From contig MFNO01000013.1 of NCBI GenBank assembly GCA_001782075.1, positions 48,608-112,607 on the forward strand: a stretch of DNA of 64,000 nucleotides. The letters are read 5' to 3'. Within the stretch, counting starts at the first letter, position 1, and the number at the start of each line of letters is the position of its first letter. The position numbers and the translations under genes were made by a program. Shown here in pieces: positions 54,746 to 64,000 of the stretch. This DNA is from Candidatus Levybacteria bacterium RIFCSPHIGHO2_01_FULL_38_26 (lineage in GTDB: Bacteria > Patescibacteriota > Microgenomatia > Levybacterales > UBA12049). The notes beneath the pieces were generated by a model. It had not been told where the DNA came from. It saw nothing but the letters and a program-made list of their open reading frames with translations, and did not search any database.

Positions 54746-56427
54746 TTTTTTTTCTAGTTGTTGCTTATGTAGCTCTCGGGTTTTTGGCATTTGGAAAGCT
54801 TCCGTTTACATTTTTCCAACAGGATGAGTGGGCTATTTTTGGAAATTATATCTATTGGGAAAAAGCCAGTCTCGGCTGGTGGGAAAGACTGTTTATTTAC
54901 GAACAAGATACTCATATTATTCCGTTCTCGAATCTCTTTTCTTTTTTGCAATTTAAGGCTTTTGGATTGAATTTTTTTTATTACGGAATTTCAAGTATTC
55001 TTCTTCATATTATTAATGCAATTCTTGTATATGTACTTTCGACTATTATAACCAACAAAAAAAGCGTTGGATATATCGCGGGTGCTGTATTTTTGATTAG
55101 CTCAGTAACACATCAAGCAGTCACATGGGTTGCTACAAGTCCCGGAACGTTAGGCGCGACATTCTTTACAATTCTTTCCCTTATTTTTTTCTTTAAATTC
55201 ATGCAGTCAAATACCAAAAAAGTCAGTGGTTTATTACTAGTACTTCTTCTTTTGATTGCTTCTTTGTTTTTCAAAGAAACTAGTGTTTTTTTATTTGGTT
55301 TGATACCGGTATTGTGGTTAATCCTGGGTGGAGCAAGGAAAGAGAAGCATCCTAAAGCCCTTTTTTTTGTATTTTGTTTCTTCGTGACTTTTTATATACT
55401 TTTTAGACTCTTTATTTTGTTTTTTGGATATGAGTCTACTTCAGACCCCCAATATATTTCGCAGCCGACTGATATAGCTGCTTATGCCTTTAGAATTCCG
55501 ACAGTACCACTGAAGTTTATCGCACAAAGTATAATTCCCCAATCAACGTTAATATCAATAGGAAACACTCTAGTAGAGATTGCCTATCCTCAATTTGCGC
55601 AGCAAGGCGCACCAGATCCATATATCTCTCAAACCATTGCTGTTGATATAATCTCTTATTTATCTTCAATCATATTTTTGATGTTTTTCTTTGTAGTTTA
55701 CAGGTTCCATAAACGACTTAAGAAAGAAAAACTGGCAAAAGCGATCTTGGTATCTTTTGTAGGAATAGTTTTGAGTTCTCTTCCATTTGTTCTTATTCCT
55801 GGCAAGGCGGGTTATTTTTCACTGATTGACGGAAGACATCTTTATCTTTCTAATGTGTTTTTATCTATCGCTCTTTCTACTGTTTTATATGGTTTGTATA
55901 GGTGGATTCCAAAGCGACAGATAACAATTCCAGTGTTTATTCTTATTCTTATGGCAATAGTAATATTTAATATTCGTTTAATAAGAAGAGATTTAAATGT
56001 GCAAGTCGGCAATGGAATAATTCGTACATCCATACTGCATACAATCTCCAATACATACCCCACGTTGTCCTCGCGTGTAGTTTTTTACACACAGGCAGAC
56101 AAGTCCTATTATGGTTTACCAGAGGAAGAAAAAATTCTTCCATTCCAATCTGGGTTTGGTCAGACGCTTTTGGTTTGGTATAATAGCAAAGGAGAGAATT
56201 TCCCCTCATGTTTTTTTAAGGAAAAATATTTGTATGTATTACTTGAGGAGGGATATAGAGAGTGTGAGGGGAGGGGTTTTGGGTATTTTAGGAAAATGAA
56301 TTCATTAAAAAAAGCAGTGATTGAATACGGAATACCGGTTGAAAGTATTGTTGCTTTTTCCTACGATTCGTCTTCAAATAAACTTACCGATATATCTGAT
56401 CGCGTACGCAGTTTGATAACAAAATGA
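54742..56427 (+). CDS. Polytopic GT-C-like protein; paralogue of 52117..53811
   Basis: FFQQDEW, QAVTWVA, FKE, LLEEGYRECEGRGFGYFR. Confidence 0.68.
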   Translation: MIFFLVVAYVALGFLAFGKLPFTFFQQDEWAIFGNYIYWEKASLGWWERLFIYEQDTHIIPFSNLFSFLQFKAFGLNFFYYGISSILLHIINAILVYVLSTIITNKKSVGYIAGAVFLISSVTHQAVTWVATSPGTLGATFFTILSLIFFFKFMQSNTKKVSGLLLVLLLLIASLFFKETSVFLFGLIPVLWLILGGARKEKHPKALFFVFCFFVTFYILFRLFILFFGYESTSDPQYISQPTDIAAYAFRIPTVPLKFIAQSIIPQSTLISIGNTLVEIAYPQFAQQGAPDPYISQTIAVDIISYLSSIIFLMFFFVVYRFHKRLKKEKLAKAILVSFVGIVLSSLPFVLIPGKAGYFSLIDGRHLYLSNVFLSIALSTVLYGLYRWIPKRQITIPVFILILMAIVIFNIRLIRRDLNVQVGNGIIRTSILHTISNTYPTLSSRVVFYTQADKSYYGLPEEEKILPFQSGFGQTLLVWYNSKGENFPSCFFKEKYLYVLLEEGYRECEGRGFGYFRKMNSLKKAVIEYGIPVESIVAFSYDSSSNKLTDISDRVRSLITK

Positions 56428-57890
56428 GAACATCATTGCCGCTTGCTTCAGTCAATATACGTACCTACAATTCAGAGAAGACGCTTGGAAAAACCCTCGA
56501 TTCTGTAAGAAAACAAAGTTATCAAAACATTGAAATTGTTGTCTCAGACGGTTATAGCAAAGACAGAAGTGTTGAGATAGCAAAAAAATATAAGGCTCGT
56601 GTAAATTATGCCCAGAAACTTGGTGACGCAAGATATAAAAATTATGAGAAAAGTAAGGGGAAGTATATACTGTCTTTAGATTCAGATCAGGTTTTGGATT
56701 CGAGTGTAATTGAGAGTTGCGTGATGCTTTGTGAAGAAAAAAAATTTGACGCTGTTACAATTTCAGAAAAATCTCTTGTTGGCAGTGGGACATTGCTTGA
56801 GAAGTTAATAGCTTACGATAAATGGGTAATTGATCAAAGTAAAGATGCGGATGCTGATTTCGGAACTGCGTGTCCGCGTTTTTTTAGAAAAAAATTGTTT
56901 GACAGTCTAAAGTGGCCGGAAGGGCTTGCAGTTTTTGACGATACTATTTTGTATAAAGAGCTTCTAAAAAATGGAGCAAAAGTAGCTTATCTTTCTGAAC
57001 ATTCAGTACGTCACCACGAAGTTTCAAGCTGGATAGTTTTTTTTAAGAAATTTATTCGCTACGGGAAGGGTTATCCCAATGCTTTCAAATCCCAGCCCTC
57101 AACTATTGCAGCCCATTCGCTTCCCAGACGATCTTATTTTAGCAAAGCTGCATTATCCAAGCCTCATTACTTCCTAGGTTTGCTTTTACTGTACCTTGTA
57201 AAAGGTTTAGCTGCAGGAACAGGGGTAATCTCTTATTTTATTGAGAATCTATTGGTTTCTTTGCGCCGGTGGTTGGTGAATATAGGCGATGCGCCATATT
57301 ATTGGGTGCTTGAAAAAGAACTAAGAGGTTCAAAATCGGTTTTGGATGTTGGGTGCGGAAGTAATTCTCCACTTCTGAAAATAAGAAAGAATTTTTACTC
57401 GGAAGGAGTTGACGTTTTTGGTCCGAGTATCAAAGAAAGCAAGAAGGCAAAGATTCATGATAAATATAAGGTAGGCGACATATTAAATATAAGTCGATTT
57501 TTTAAGCCCAAGAGTTTTGACTCGGTAATTGCCCTAGACGTAATCGAACATTTCGATAAAAAAGAGGGATTAAAACTTATGGATTATCTGGAAAACATTG
57601 CCAAGAAGAAAGTGATTATTTTTACTCCTTTTGGATTTACACAGCAGCATCCAAGCGATGGCAATCCTTTTCAAAAACACAAGTCAGGATGGTATATTGA
57701 AGACTTTAAGAAGCGGGGTTATACTGTATATGGCATGAGAGGATTTAGATTTATTAGAGGAGAGTACGCTACCATTAGATATAAACCCTGGTTTTTTTGG
57801 GGCACAGTTTCATCAATGTCTCAATTTCTTGTTTACAATTATCCAAAAGTTGCATACCAATTATTAGCGGTTAAAAATATTAATCTATGA
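56424..57890 (+). CDS. GT2 glycosyltransferase fused to a C-terminal SAM methyltransferase
   Basis: N-terminus RTYNSE, SDGYSKD, LDSD; C-terminus VLDVGCG, SFD, DVIEH, HKSGW. Confidence 0.8.
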   Translation: MRTSLPLASVNIRTYNSEKTLGKTLDSVRKQSYQNIEIVVSDGYSKDRSVEIAKKYKARVNYAQKLGDARYKNYEKSKGKYILSLDSDQVLDSSVIESCVMLCEEKKFDAVTISEKSLVGSGTLLEKLIAYDKWVIDQSKDADADFGTACPRFFRKKLFDSLKWPEGLAVFDDTILYKELLKNGAKVAYLSEHSVRHHEVSSWIVFFKKFIRYGKGYPNAFKSQPSTIAAHSLPRRSYFSKAALSKPHYFLGLLLLYLVKGLAAGTGVISYFIENLLVSLRRWLVNIGDAPYYWVLEKELRGSKSVLDVGCGSNSPLLKIRKNFYSEGVDVFGPSIKESKKAKIHDKYKVGDILNISRFFKPKSFDSVIALDVIEHFDKKEGLKLMDYLENIAKKKVIIFTPFGFTQQHPSDGNPFQKHKSGWYIEDFKKRGYTVYGMRGFRFIRGEYATIRYKPWFFWGTVSSMSQFLVYNYPKVAYQLLAVKNINL

Positions 57891-58915
57891 GAATACTAGT
57901 AACAGGCGCTGCCGGATTTATGGGGAGTCATTTGGTTGACGCGTTGGTTGGTCTTAATCAACATGAAGTTTTTGCTGTTGATGACATGTCCGGTGGTTAT
58001 AAATCAAACATCAATCCAAAATCCCAATTTGCAAAACTTGACCTTAGAGACAAAAAGAAAGTTTGGGAATATATAGCACATGTTAAACCGGAGATTTTGT
58101 ATCACCTGGCGGCAGATGCTACAGAGGGCAGAAGTCAATTTACTCCAATTTCAGCATCCGAGCGCAATTTTCTGGCCTATATGTATACACTTGTGCCATG
58201 TATAAAAAACGGAATAAAACGAGTTGTTTTGACAAGTTCCATGAGCGTTTACGGTGCACAAAAGCCGCCCTTCTCGGAAAATATGAGACGAGATCCGGAG
58301 GATGTATACGGCATTACAAAAACTGCAATGGAAGAGGCGACAGAGGTTCTTGGCAAAGTTCACAATTTTGAGTTTGTAATAATACGGCCTCACAATGTCT
58401 ACGGACCAAAGCAAAATCTTTCCGATCCTTACAGAAATGTAATTGGGATATTTATCAACTGTCTTCTTAACAATAAAAACTTTTACATTTATGGAAAAGG
58501 AGAACAAAAAAGATCTTTCACCTACATTGATGATTTTACTCCTTATATTTTAAAAGCAGGTTTTTTAAAAGAAGCAGACAAAGAAATAATAAATATAGGT
58601 CCATCAAAAGAGTATACTATTAATCAGCTCTCAGATGTGGTTTTGAGAATATTTTTTCGGAAAAGGAGCGTGCCGGAAAGACTAAAGCCAAAATATCTTC
58701 CTGATAGACCGCAGGAAGTTAAAGACGCATATTGCACAAACGAAAAAGCAGAAAAAATATTGGGTTACAAAACAACTGTTGAGCTTGAGGAAGGGGTGAG
58801 GAGGATGATAGATTGGGCAAAAAAAATGGGTCCGCAGAAATTTAATTATTTAAAGGATGGGCTTGAGCTTGAAACAAAAGATGTTCCCGAAACATGGAAA
58901 AAAAGGCTTATATAA
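57887..58915 (+). CDS. NAD-dependent epimerase/dehydratase (GalE-like)
   Basis: VTGAAGFMGSH, HLAA, SSMSVYG, YGITK, RPHNVYGP. Confidence 0.85.
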   Translation: MRILVTGAAGFMGSHLVDALVGLNQHEVFAVDDMSGGYKSNINPKSQFAKLDLRDKKKVWEYIAHVKPEILYHLAADATEGRSQFTPISASERNFLAYMYTLVPCIKNGIKRVVLTSSMSVYGAQKPPFSENMRRDPEDVYGITKTAMEEATEVLGKVHNFEFVIIRPHNVYGPKQNLSDPYRNVIGIFINCLLNNKNFYIYGKGEQKRSFTYIDDFTPYILKAGFLKEADKEIINIGPSKEYTINQLSDVVLRIFFRKRSVPERLKPKYLPDRPQEVKDAYCTNEKAEKILGYKTTVELEEGVRRMIDWAKKMGPQKFNYLKDGLELETKDVPETWKKRLI

Positions 58916-59950
58916 ATGAGAAGATTGGTGTCGGTGGTGGTGCTAAACTGGAATGGGAAGGATCATCTAAAAACATGTTTGTCCTCCTTGAGCAAAGTAC
59001 CATATAGACCTCTTGAACTAATTGTAGTAGACAATAACTCTTCTGACGGGTCGGTAGAGATGGTTAAAGAAATTTTTCCAAACGTTAAAGTAATACAAAA
59101 CAAGAAAAACCTAGGCTATGCGGGTGGAAATAATATTGGAATTAAAAAAAGTAAAGGTGAGTATATATTTGTTCTCAATAACGACACAGAGGTTGATAAA
59201 GATTTTTTGAATCCACTTGTTGATGACATGGACTCGGATAAAAATATTGTTTGTGTTCAGCCAAAGCTTGTCTATGCAACTGCTCAAGATATTCTAAATG
59301 CTGTTGGGTCTTTTTTCACTTCTTCAGGTTTTTTATACCACTACGGATATAGAAAATCTGCAAAGCTGCCGCAGTATCAAAAGAAACTTTTAATTTATAC
59401 TGCCAAAGGCGCGGCAATGCTCTTTAGAAAAAGCGCGTTGGATAAAGTGGGTCTTTTTGATGAGGATTTTTTTATTTTTTTTGAAGAAACAGATCTTTGT
59501 CACAGACTATGGCTTTCTGGGTATAAAGTAATGTATGAGCCTAAATCAATTGTCTATCATTTTGAGGCGGTTGATACAGGAAGGCAAATGGGTGATTACA
59601 CAAGAAATTATTTGTCGCTTAGAAATAGAATTTGCAGTTATCTAAAAAACTTAGAGATGCCAAATTTTCTTGGGGTGTTGGGCATGCTTTTTATAATTTA
59701 CAGCGGATATTTTATTTATTACAGCTTACGTTTGCGGTTTGATCTTTCTATGACTGTTCCGTCAAGCATAATATGGAATATAATTCAGTTACCAAATACG
59801 CTCAAAAAAAGATATAATATCCAAAGCAAGATCAGAAAACTCAAAGACGCAGACTTATTCAAAACTATAAAAAAAGATCCGCCCCTGCGTTATTATTACT
59901 ATCTGTTTTTCGATAACCTTAAAAATTTTCAAAATGAAAAAGTTATTTAG
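58916..59950 (+). CDS. Glycosyltransferase family 2 (WbbL/rhamnosyltransferase-like)
   Basis: VVLNWNG, VDNNSSDGS, NLGYAGGNN, LNNDT, FDEDFF..FEETDLC. Confidence 0.87.
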   Translation: MRRLVSVVVLNWNGKDHLKTCLSSLSKVPYRPLELIVVDNNSSDGSVEMVKEIFPNVKVIQNKKNLGYAGGNNIGIKKSKGEYIFVLNNDTEVDKDFLNPLVDDMDSDKNIVCVQPKLVYATAQDILNAVGSFFTSSGFLYHYGYRKSAKLPQYQKKLLIYTAKGAAMLFRKSALDKVGLFDEDFFIFFEETDLCHRLWLSGYKVMYEPKSIVYHFEAVDTGRQMGDYTRNYLSLRNRICSYLKNLEMPNFLGVLGMLFIIYSGYFIYYSLRLRFDLSMTVPSSIIWNIIQLPNTLKKRYNIQSKIRKLKDADLFKTIKKDPPLRYYYYLFFDNLKNFQNEKVI

Positions 59951-62900
59951 GTATCGTACTTTTTTAGAAATACTGTTTATATTCTTCCTAAGTCTGACTC
60001 CTCTTCTTTGGTTTGAGAGAGGAACAATTATTGTTGGCCACGACAACGTTTTTGCAATCGATCCTGTAACATTTTTGCAAGGCAGGTTATTTACTTGGGT
60101 AGATCATGGATTTGGACAAAGCCAGGATCTAATTATGGGTACAATACCAATCCATCTAATCGACGCTATTCCTTATGTTCTGGGACTTCCTTTTCAGGCG
60201 ACAGAAATGGCGGTATATGTGTTTTGGTTTTTTCTAATCGGAATTTCTGCTTATATACTTGCGCGTCAATTTCGTGAACAATCTTGGGTGTTTCGACTGC
60301 TTGTGGTTATTCTCTATCAGTTTAATTTTTTCTTATTGCAAGGGTGGTGGATTGGCGAGAGAACTAAATTTTCTGCTTATATAGCACTGCCGCTTATATT
60401 TACGTTGTTTCTGAGAGTACACAGAGGAGAGACTAGTGTTTTTAAGTCGGCAGTTTTAGTAAGCCTTATTTTTTTCGTATTTAATGCGGGAGGACTCTAT
60501 GGAATTCCTTTATATGGAGGACTTTTTATTTCACTTTTTGTATTTCTATTGCTTTTTGGTTTTCTGGATTTGGTAGGAAAAAATTTTGCATCTCTGAGGC
60601 GAACTTTACTTCTTACAGTCTTTTGTATAATTGGTTACGCAATTGTAAACAGTTATTTTACTTTTCCTGCGGTTTCGAGGCTAAATCAGGAATACAACCA
60701 AGGCGTTGTTAAAGCAGGCGGGGTCGAAGGACTTTTGGCATGGGCGGATGAAATTAGTGCTAATGCTAGCCTTATTAATTTATTGAGGCTTGAAGGAATC
60801 GCGGAATGGTATGACAATCCTGATCATCCATACGCCAAAGTTTTTCTAAACAACCCTTTCTTTATAGTGTTAAGTTTTATCTGGCCGTTGATAATTATTT
60901 TATCTTTCACCAGAGACTACGGAGGAAAGCGAAAAATTATTCTCCTTTTCTTCATAATATTTTTAGTTGGTATTTTTTTGTCTTCGGGAACACATCGTCC
61001 GTTTGGAGTAGTATATGAAGCTTTTATGAAATATATTCCCGGATTTGCCGCATTTCGAAGCCCTTATTTCAAATTTGCTTCCGCGATTTTTTTTGCAGCC
61101 AGTTTTCTGATCGCTTTTTATATTGACAGTTTTGGGGGAAAAAAGAAGTATGTTTTTTTTGCATTAGCGCTGGCTTTCGTATTTTTATACCATTTCCCCT
61201 ATTTTACAGGCGATATTTTTTCCTGGAGAAAAGGATTTTCAACAAGACTTGCGATACCCTCATATGTAATAGAATTTGGCAAGTGGCTTGAGGAAGAAAA
61301 AAAAGATGACGGAAGAGTTCTTTTTCTTCCACCCAATAGCCCCAATTGGCGATACAGCATATATGACTGGGGATATCTCAGCTTTCAGGCTCTGCCGACT
61401 CTTTTGAGTAATAAATCTACAGTTATCAACAATGATAGGTTAAACGACAATGAGCGAAAGCTAGTAGACGCTCTATATGATTCATTCGCCAATGATGATT
61501 CTGAATCTATAAATAAACTGTCTTCATACTTAGGAGTGAAGTATTTTATTCTTCAGGATGACACAATTGCTCAAGACTCAAGCTCTCCTCTGTCCCTAAA
61601 CGTGCGGGTATATAAAGATATGATAGAGGAAAAACTGCGGCTCAAGCCTATTAAGGATTTTGGGCGTTGGTCGCTTTACGAGCTGGATACACAAGCACTC
61701 CCAACGTTTTATACAGCGAGCGACTTGACAGTTATTTCAGGTCCTGTTAAAAACTTCAGTTATTATTATGATTTTTTGGAAGAAAAAAGAGTTCTTCTGA
61801 AAAACAATGATCTGACGGGTTTGAACCTTTCGCCGCAAAAGTTGCCTGATATTTACTCTCCCTCGTGTCTAAAATGTACAAAAAAAGATAGACCATTTAT
61901 TGTTTTTCCGCAGAGGAGCGTACTTCCGAATTCTCCTTTTTATCCGCTTGTGCTTTTGAGTGAGAACAGGAATCTTCGCTCTCAAGATCCAAGGACTCTG
62001 GTATATGATTATCTTGGATTGTCCATGAAGAGATTGTCTGAGATTAATGAGATGATTGAGAAGGATATAAGTATCAGCGGGGATGTAATTAGCAGATATG
62101 AGGCTACTGTTAGACTTATTCACACAAATTTCAATAAACTGGTTCGACTGGAAGATAAATATAGCGCTGCAGAAGATTTAACTTATTATATTAGATCTCA
62201 ACGCGACCTGGTATATGAAACATTGGCAGATGAGGTCAGCGGTTTACCGGCTGTTATTCTTGATCGAGCGCTTAAGTCTCTTCGTACTTTAGATCAAGGC
62301 ATAAAGCCATATGTGTTCACACGCGATATTACTCAAAACAGGCTGTATAATATTTCGGTTGCTCAGCCGGATGTCTATAGTCTTTACATCAGAACTGCAG
62401 AATTTGGAAGCGTAGTCAGGCCAAATGCTGATCTGTCGGTGGAGATTGACAGTAAACAATCCAGAACGCTTACTATATCTGATGAATCGTTTCAGGGGGA
62501 ATGGTTATCATTTGGAAATTTTACACTCAGTCAGGGTGATCACACTTTCCTTCTTTCTTTTTCAGAGCTTGAAAACAAAGTTTTACCCCCTCAACCCAGC
62601 ACAACTGTTTTCAACGCCGATGGGAGACAACGGTGTTTTACTACAAAGGTTGAGAATTATGACAATAGAAAAAGATACAAGGCTATTGTTCGCTATAGAA
62701 ATGATTTGTTCAACGATATAAACATATATATATGGGAAGACAAGGAAAAAGAACAAAGGCTTCGTTTCGCGTCCAGACTATTCAAGAGTCTTATAGAAGA
62801 AGAATTTACTCATGAAATTGATCCCCAAGGTGATATTAGAGGGATAATTTTAGGATTTTGTTCTACAAATCTCACACAAGAGTTTATACGCGAGCGATTT

Positions 62901-63290
62901 AGTATAAAAGTCAGCGAACTTATAGATCCAGTCGTTTTATTTTTATCTAAAAATGAGAAAGATGTTGACATAAGCAACGTATCATATCAAAGAATAAATC
63001 CTGCAAAGTACTCTGTATCTTTTTCGACTACCAATCCAAATACGGTGCTAGTTTTCAACAGCAGGTTTGATGAAGGTTGGGAATTACAAGGGGGTTTTAA
63101 AAAACATATCTTGGTAAATGGATTTGCGAATGGATGGTTGATCGAGCAGCCTGGTAATTATTCTCTTATCCTTGAATACAAACCGCAAGATTATTATCTT
63201 GTCGGCGGATTTCTGAGCTTATCGGCGGTTTTAGGAGGAGTATCATATATTTTGTGGAATAGTATTAAGCGAAGAAAAAAATATGATTGA
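59934..63290 (+). CDS. Large GT-C-like membrane protein (AftD/DUF3367- or YfhO-like) with a large extracytoplasmic region
   Basis: GHD loop, about 12 N-terminal TM helices, FRSPYFKF, GRVLFLP, LGVKY, C-terminal VNGFANGW plus a TM anchor. Confidence 0.68.
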   Translation: MKKLFRYRTFLEILFIFFLSLTPLLWFERGTIIVGHDNVFAIDPVTFLQGRLFTWVDHGFGQSQDLIMGTIPIHLIDAIPYVLGLPFQATEMAVYVFWFFLIGISAYILARQFREQSWVFRLLVVILYQFNFFLLQGWWIGERTKFSAYIALPLIFTLFLRVHRGETSVFKSAVLVSLIFFVFNAGGLYGIPLYGGLFISLFVFLLLFGFLDLVGKNFASLRRTLLLTVFCIIGYAIVNSYFTFPAVSRLNQEYNQGVVKAGGVEGLLAWADEISANASLINLLRLEGIAEWYDNPDHPYAKVFLNNPFFIVLSFIWPLIIILSFTRDYGGKRKIILLFFIIFLVGIFLSSGTHRPFGVVYEAFMKYIPGFAAFRSPYFKFASAIFFAASFLIAFYIDSFGGKKKYVFFALALAFVFLYHFPYFTGDIFSWRKGFSTRLAIPSYVIEFGKWLEEEKKDDGRVLFLPPNSPNWRYSIYDWGYLSFQALPTLLSNKSTVINNDRLNDNERKLVDALYDSFANDDSESINKLSSYLGVKYFILQDDTIAQDSSSPLSLNVRVYKDMIEEKLRLKPIKDFGRWSLYELDTQALPTFYTASDLTVISGPVKNFSYYYDFLEEKRVLLKNNDLTGLNLSPQKLPDIYSPSCLKCTKKDRPFIVFPQRSVLPNSPFYPLVLLSENRNLRSQDPRTLVYDYLGLSMKRLSEINEMIEKDISISGDVISRYEATVRLIHTNFNKLVRLEDKYSAAEDLTYYIRSQRDLVYETLADEVSGLPAVILDRALKSLRTLDQGIKPYVFTRDITQNRLYNISVAQPDVYSLYIRTAEFGSVVRPNADLSVEIDSKQSRTLTISDESFQGEWLSFGNFTLSQGDHTFLLSFSELENKVLPPQPSTTVFNADGRQRCFTTKVENYDNRKRYKAIVRYRNDLFNDINIYIWEDKEKEQRLRFASRLFKSLIEEEFTHEIDPQGDIRGIILGFCSTNLTQEFIRERFSIKVSELIDPVVLFLSKNEKDVDISNVSYQRINPAKYSVSFSTTNPNTVLVFNSRFDEGWELQGGFKKHILVNGFANGWLIEQPGNYSLILEYKPQDYYLVGGFLSLSAVLGGVSYILWNSIKRRKKYD

Positions 63291-63618
63291 TCATAAAAAG
63301 CTTGTTTTGTTTTTCTCGATATCTGTAGTTCTTCTTTTTCTAAGAGATACGCCTTATCTTAATGTACTTATCATAGAAAAGTTGTGGTTGATATACTTAC
63401 TTCTGCTTTTTTGGATTTTTTCCAACTTCATTCCAAAAAGAACTGGAATTTTTTTCTTTGCCGCGGTCGTTTTGTTTTTAATTGCGTTGATCTTTAGTCT
63501 TCTTAAGATCGAGATAGTAGCGGAGGCAATTGGAATTGTTATTTATGTTCTTTTATGGCTTATTGTGCTGCAAAAAATAGTTTATTTAGTTAGATCTGAG
63601 AAGCATAACAACAGATGA
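63283..63618 (+). CDS. Small 4-TM membrane protein
   Basis: 111-aa hydrophobic ORF overlapping both neighbours. Confidence 0.6.
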   Translation: MIDHKKLVLFFSISVVLLFLRDTPYLNVLIIEKLWLIYLLLLFWIFSNFIPKRTGIFFFAAVVLFLIALIFSLLKIEIVAEAIGIVIYVLLWLIVLQKIVYLVRSEKHNNR

Positions 63619-64000
63619 TTTTTGGATTTATTGTTTTTATTACAATTCTTTTAGTCTACAGCCCATGGTTTTCGTTTTCTGGTACTCTTTCAAGCGGAGA
63701 CTGGCCGTTTCTATATGTTGAGAATATAAAAGAGTTTTCTTTTTTGCCGCAGGCGCAGTTTTTGTGGCTTGCTCCCTATTATCAAATTCCAGCAAAAATA
63801 TTTGTTCAGTATCTTAATCTTCCTTGGGAATTATTCGAGAGGATGTTTTGGTTTTGGCCGTTTATTGGTATTTCTATTGCATCCTCGTATTATCTGACTC
63901 GTTCGTGGATCGGTGTTCTAATTTATACAACAAACACTTACATCTTGATGATTGTAGCCGGGGGGCAGATGGGAATAGCGATGGCGTATGCCATTTCTCC
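63615..64000 (+). CDS. 3'-truncated polytopic membrane protein, putative GT-C (not in the ORF track)
   Basis: ATG 63615 (ATGA overlap), open to the window end: MIFGFIVFITILLVYSPWF...SSGDWP...YTTNTY...GGQ. Confidence 0.7.
   Translation, partial: MIFGFIVFITILLVYSPWFSFSGTLSSGDWPFLYVENIKEFSFLPQAQFLWLAPYYQIPAKIFVQYLNLPWELFERMFWFWPFIGISIASSYYLTRSWIGVLIYTTNTYILMIVAGGQMGIAMAYAIS

Noticed and set aside
315-62721. Numerous 60-145-aa nested or antisense ORFs in the track
   Set aside because: All overlap well-supported genes and show no recognisable motifs or independent start signals.
1-64000. CRISPR arrays, tRNA/rRNA, transposases/integrases, stop-codon recoding
   Set aside because: No regularly spaced repeats, RNA-gene-sized gaps or recombinase motifs were seen; TGA ends many genes at ATGA/GTGA overlaps, consistent with code 11.

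Overview
A 64-kb, AT-rich, very gene-dense window using the standard genetic code (TGA is used as a stop). It is almost entirely one large surface-glycosylation locus. Gene content and style (DUF5667-like secreted proteins, many GT-C-fold membrane glycosyltransferases, very short leaders) suggest a Patescibacteria/CPR, Microgenomates-like genome, but this is inference. About 56 CDSs are present: ~13 polytopic GT-C-like proteins, 8 GT2 (4 polyprenol-phosphate-sugar-synthase-like), 5 GT4, 2 Wzx-like flippases, many NDP-sugar enzymes and 6 SAM methyltransferase domains. No rRNA, tRNA, CRISPR or transposase was seen. The most interesting element is a module at 44019-50753. It encodes homologues of three Campylobacter phosphoramidate enzymes (glutamine kinase, nucleotidyltransferase, gamma-glutamyl hydrolase). 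It lacks a recognisable CDP-amidate kinase or Campylobacter-type transferase, and instead carries two CDP-alcohol phosphotransferases (one intact, one catalytically degenerate), a histidine phosphatase and a methyltransferase. This is a candidate alternative route for attaching phosphoramidate to a lipid or glycan. Other signals: in-frame palindromic 7/8-bp-period inserts at the same site of two inverted GT-C paralogues, and widespread extended -10 promoters with very short leaders. All functional calls come from motif recognition by eye; no database searches were run.
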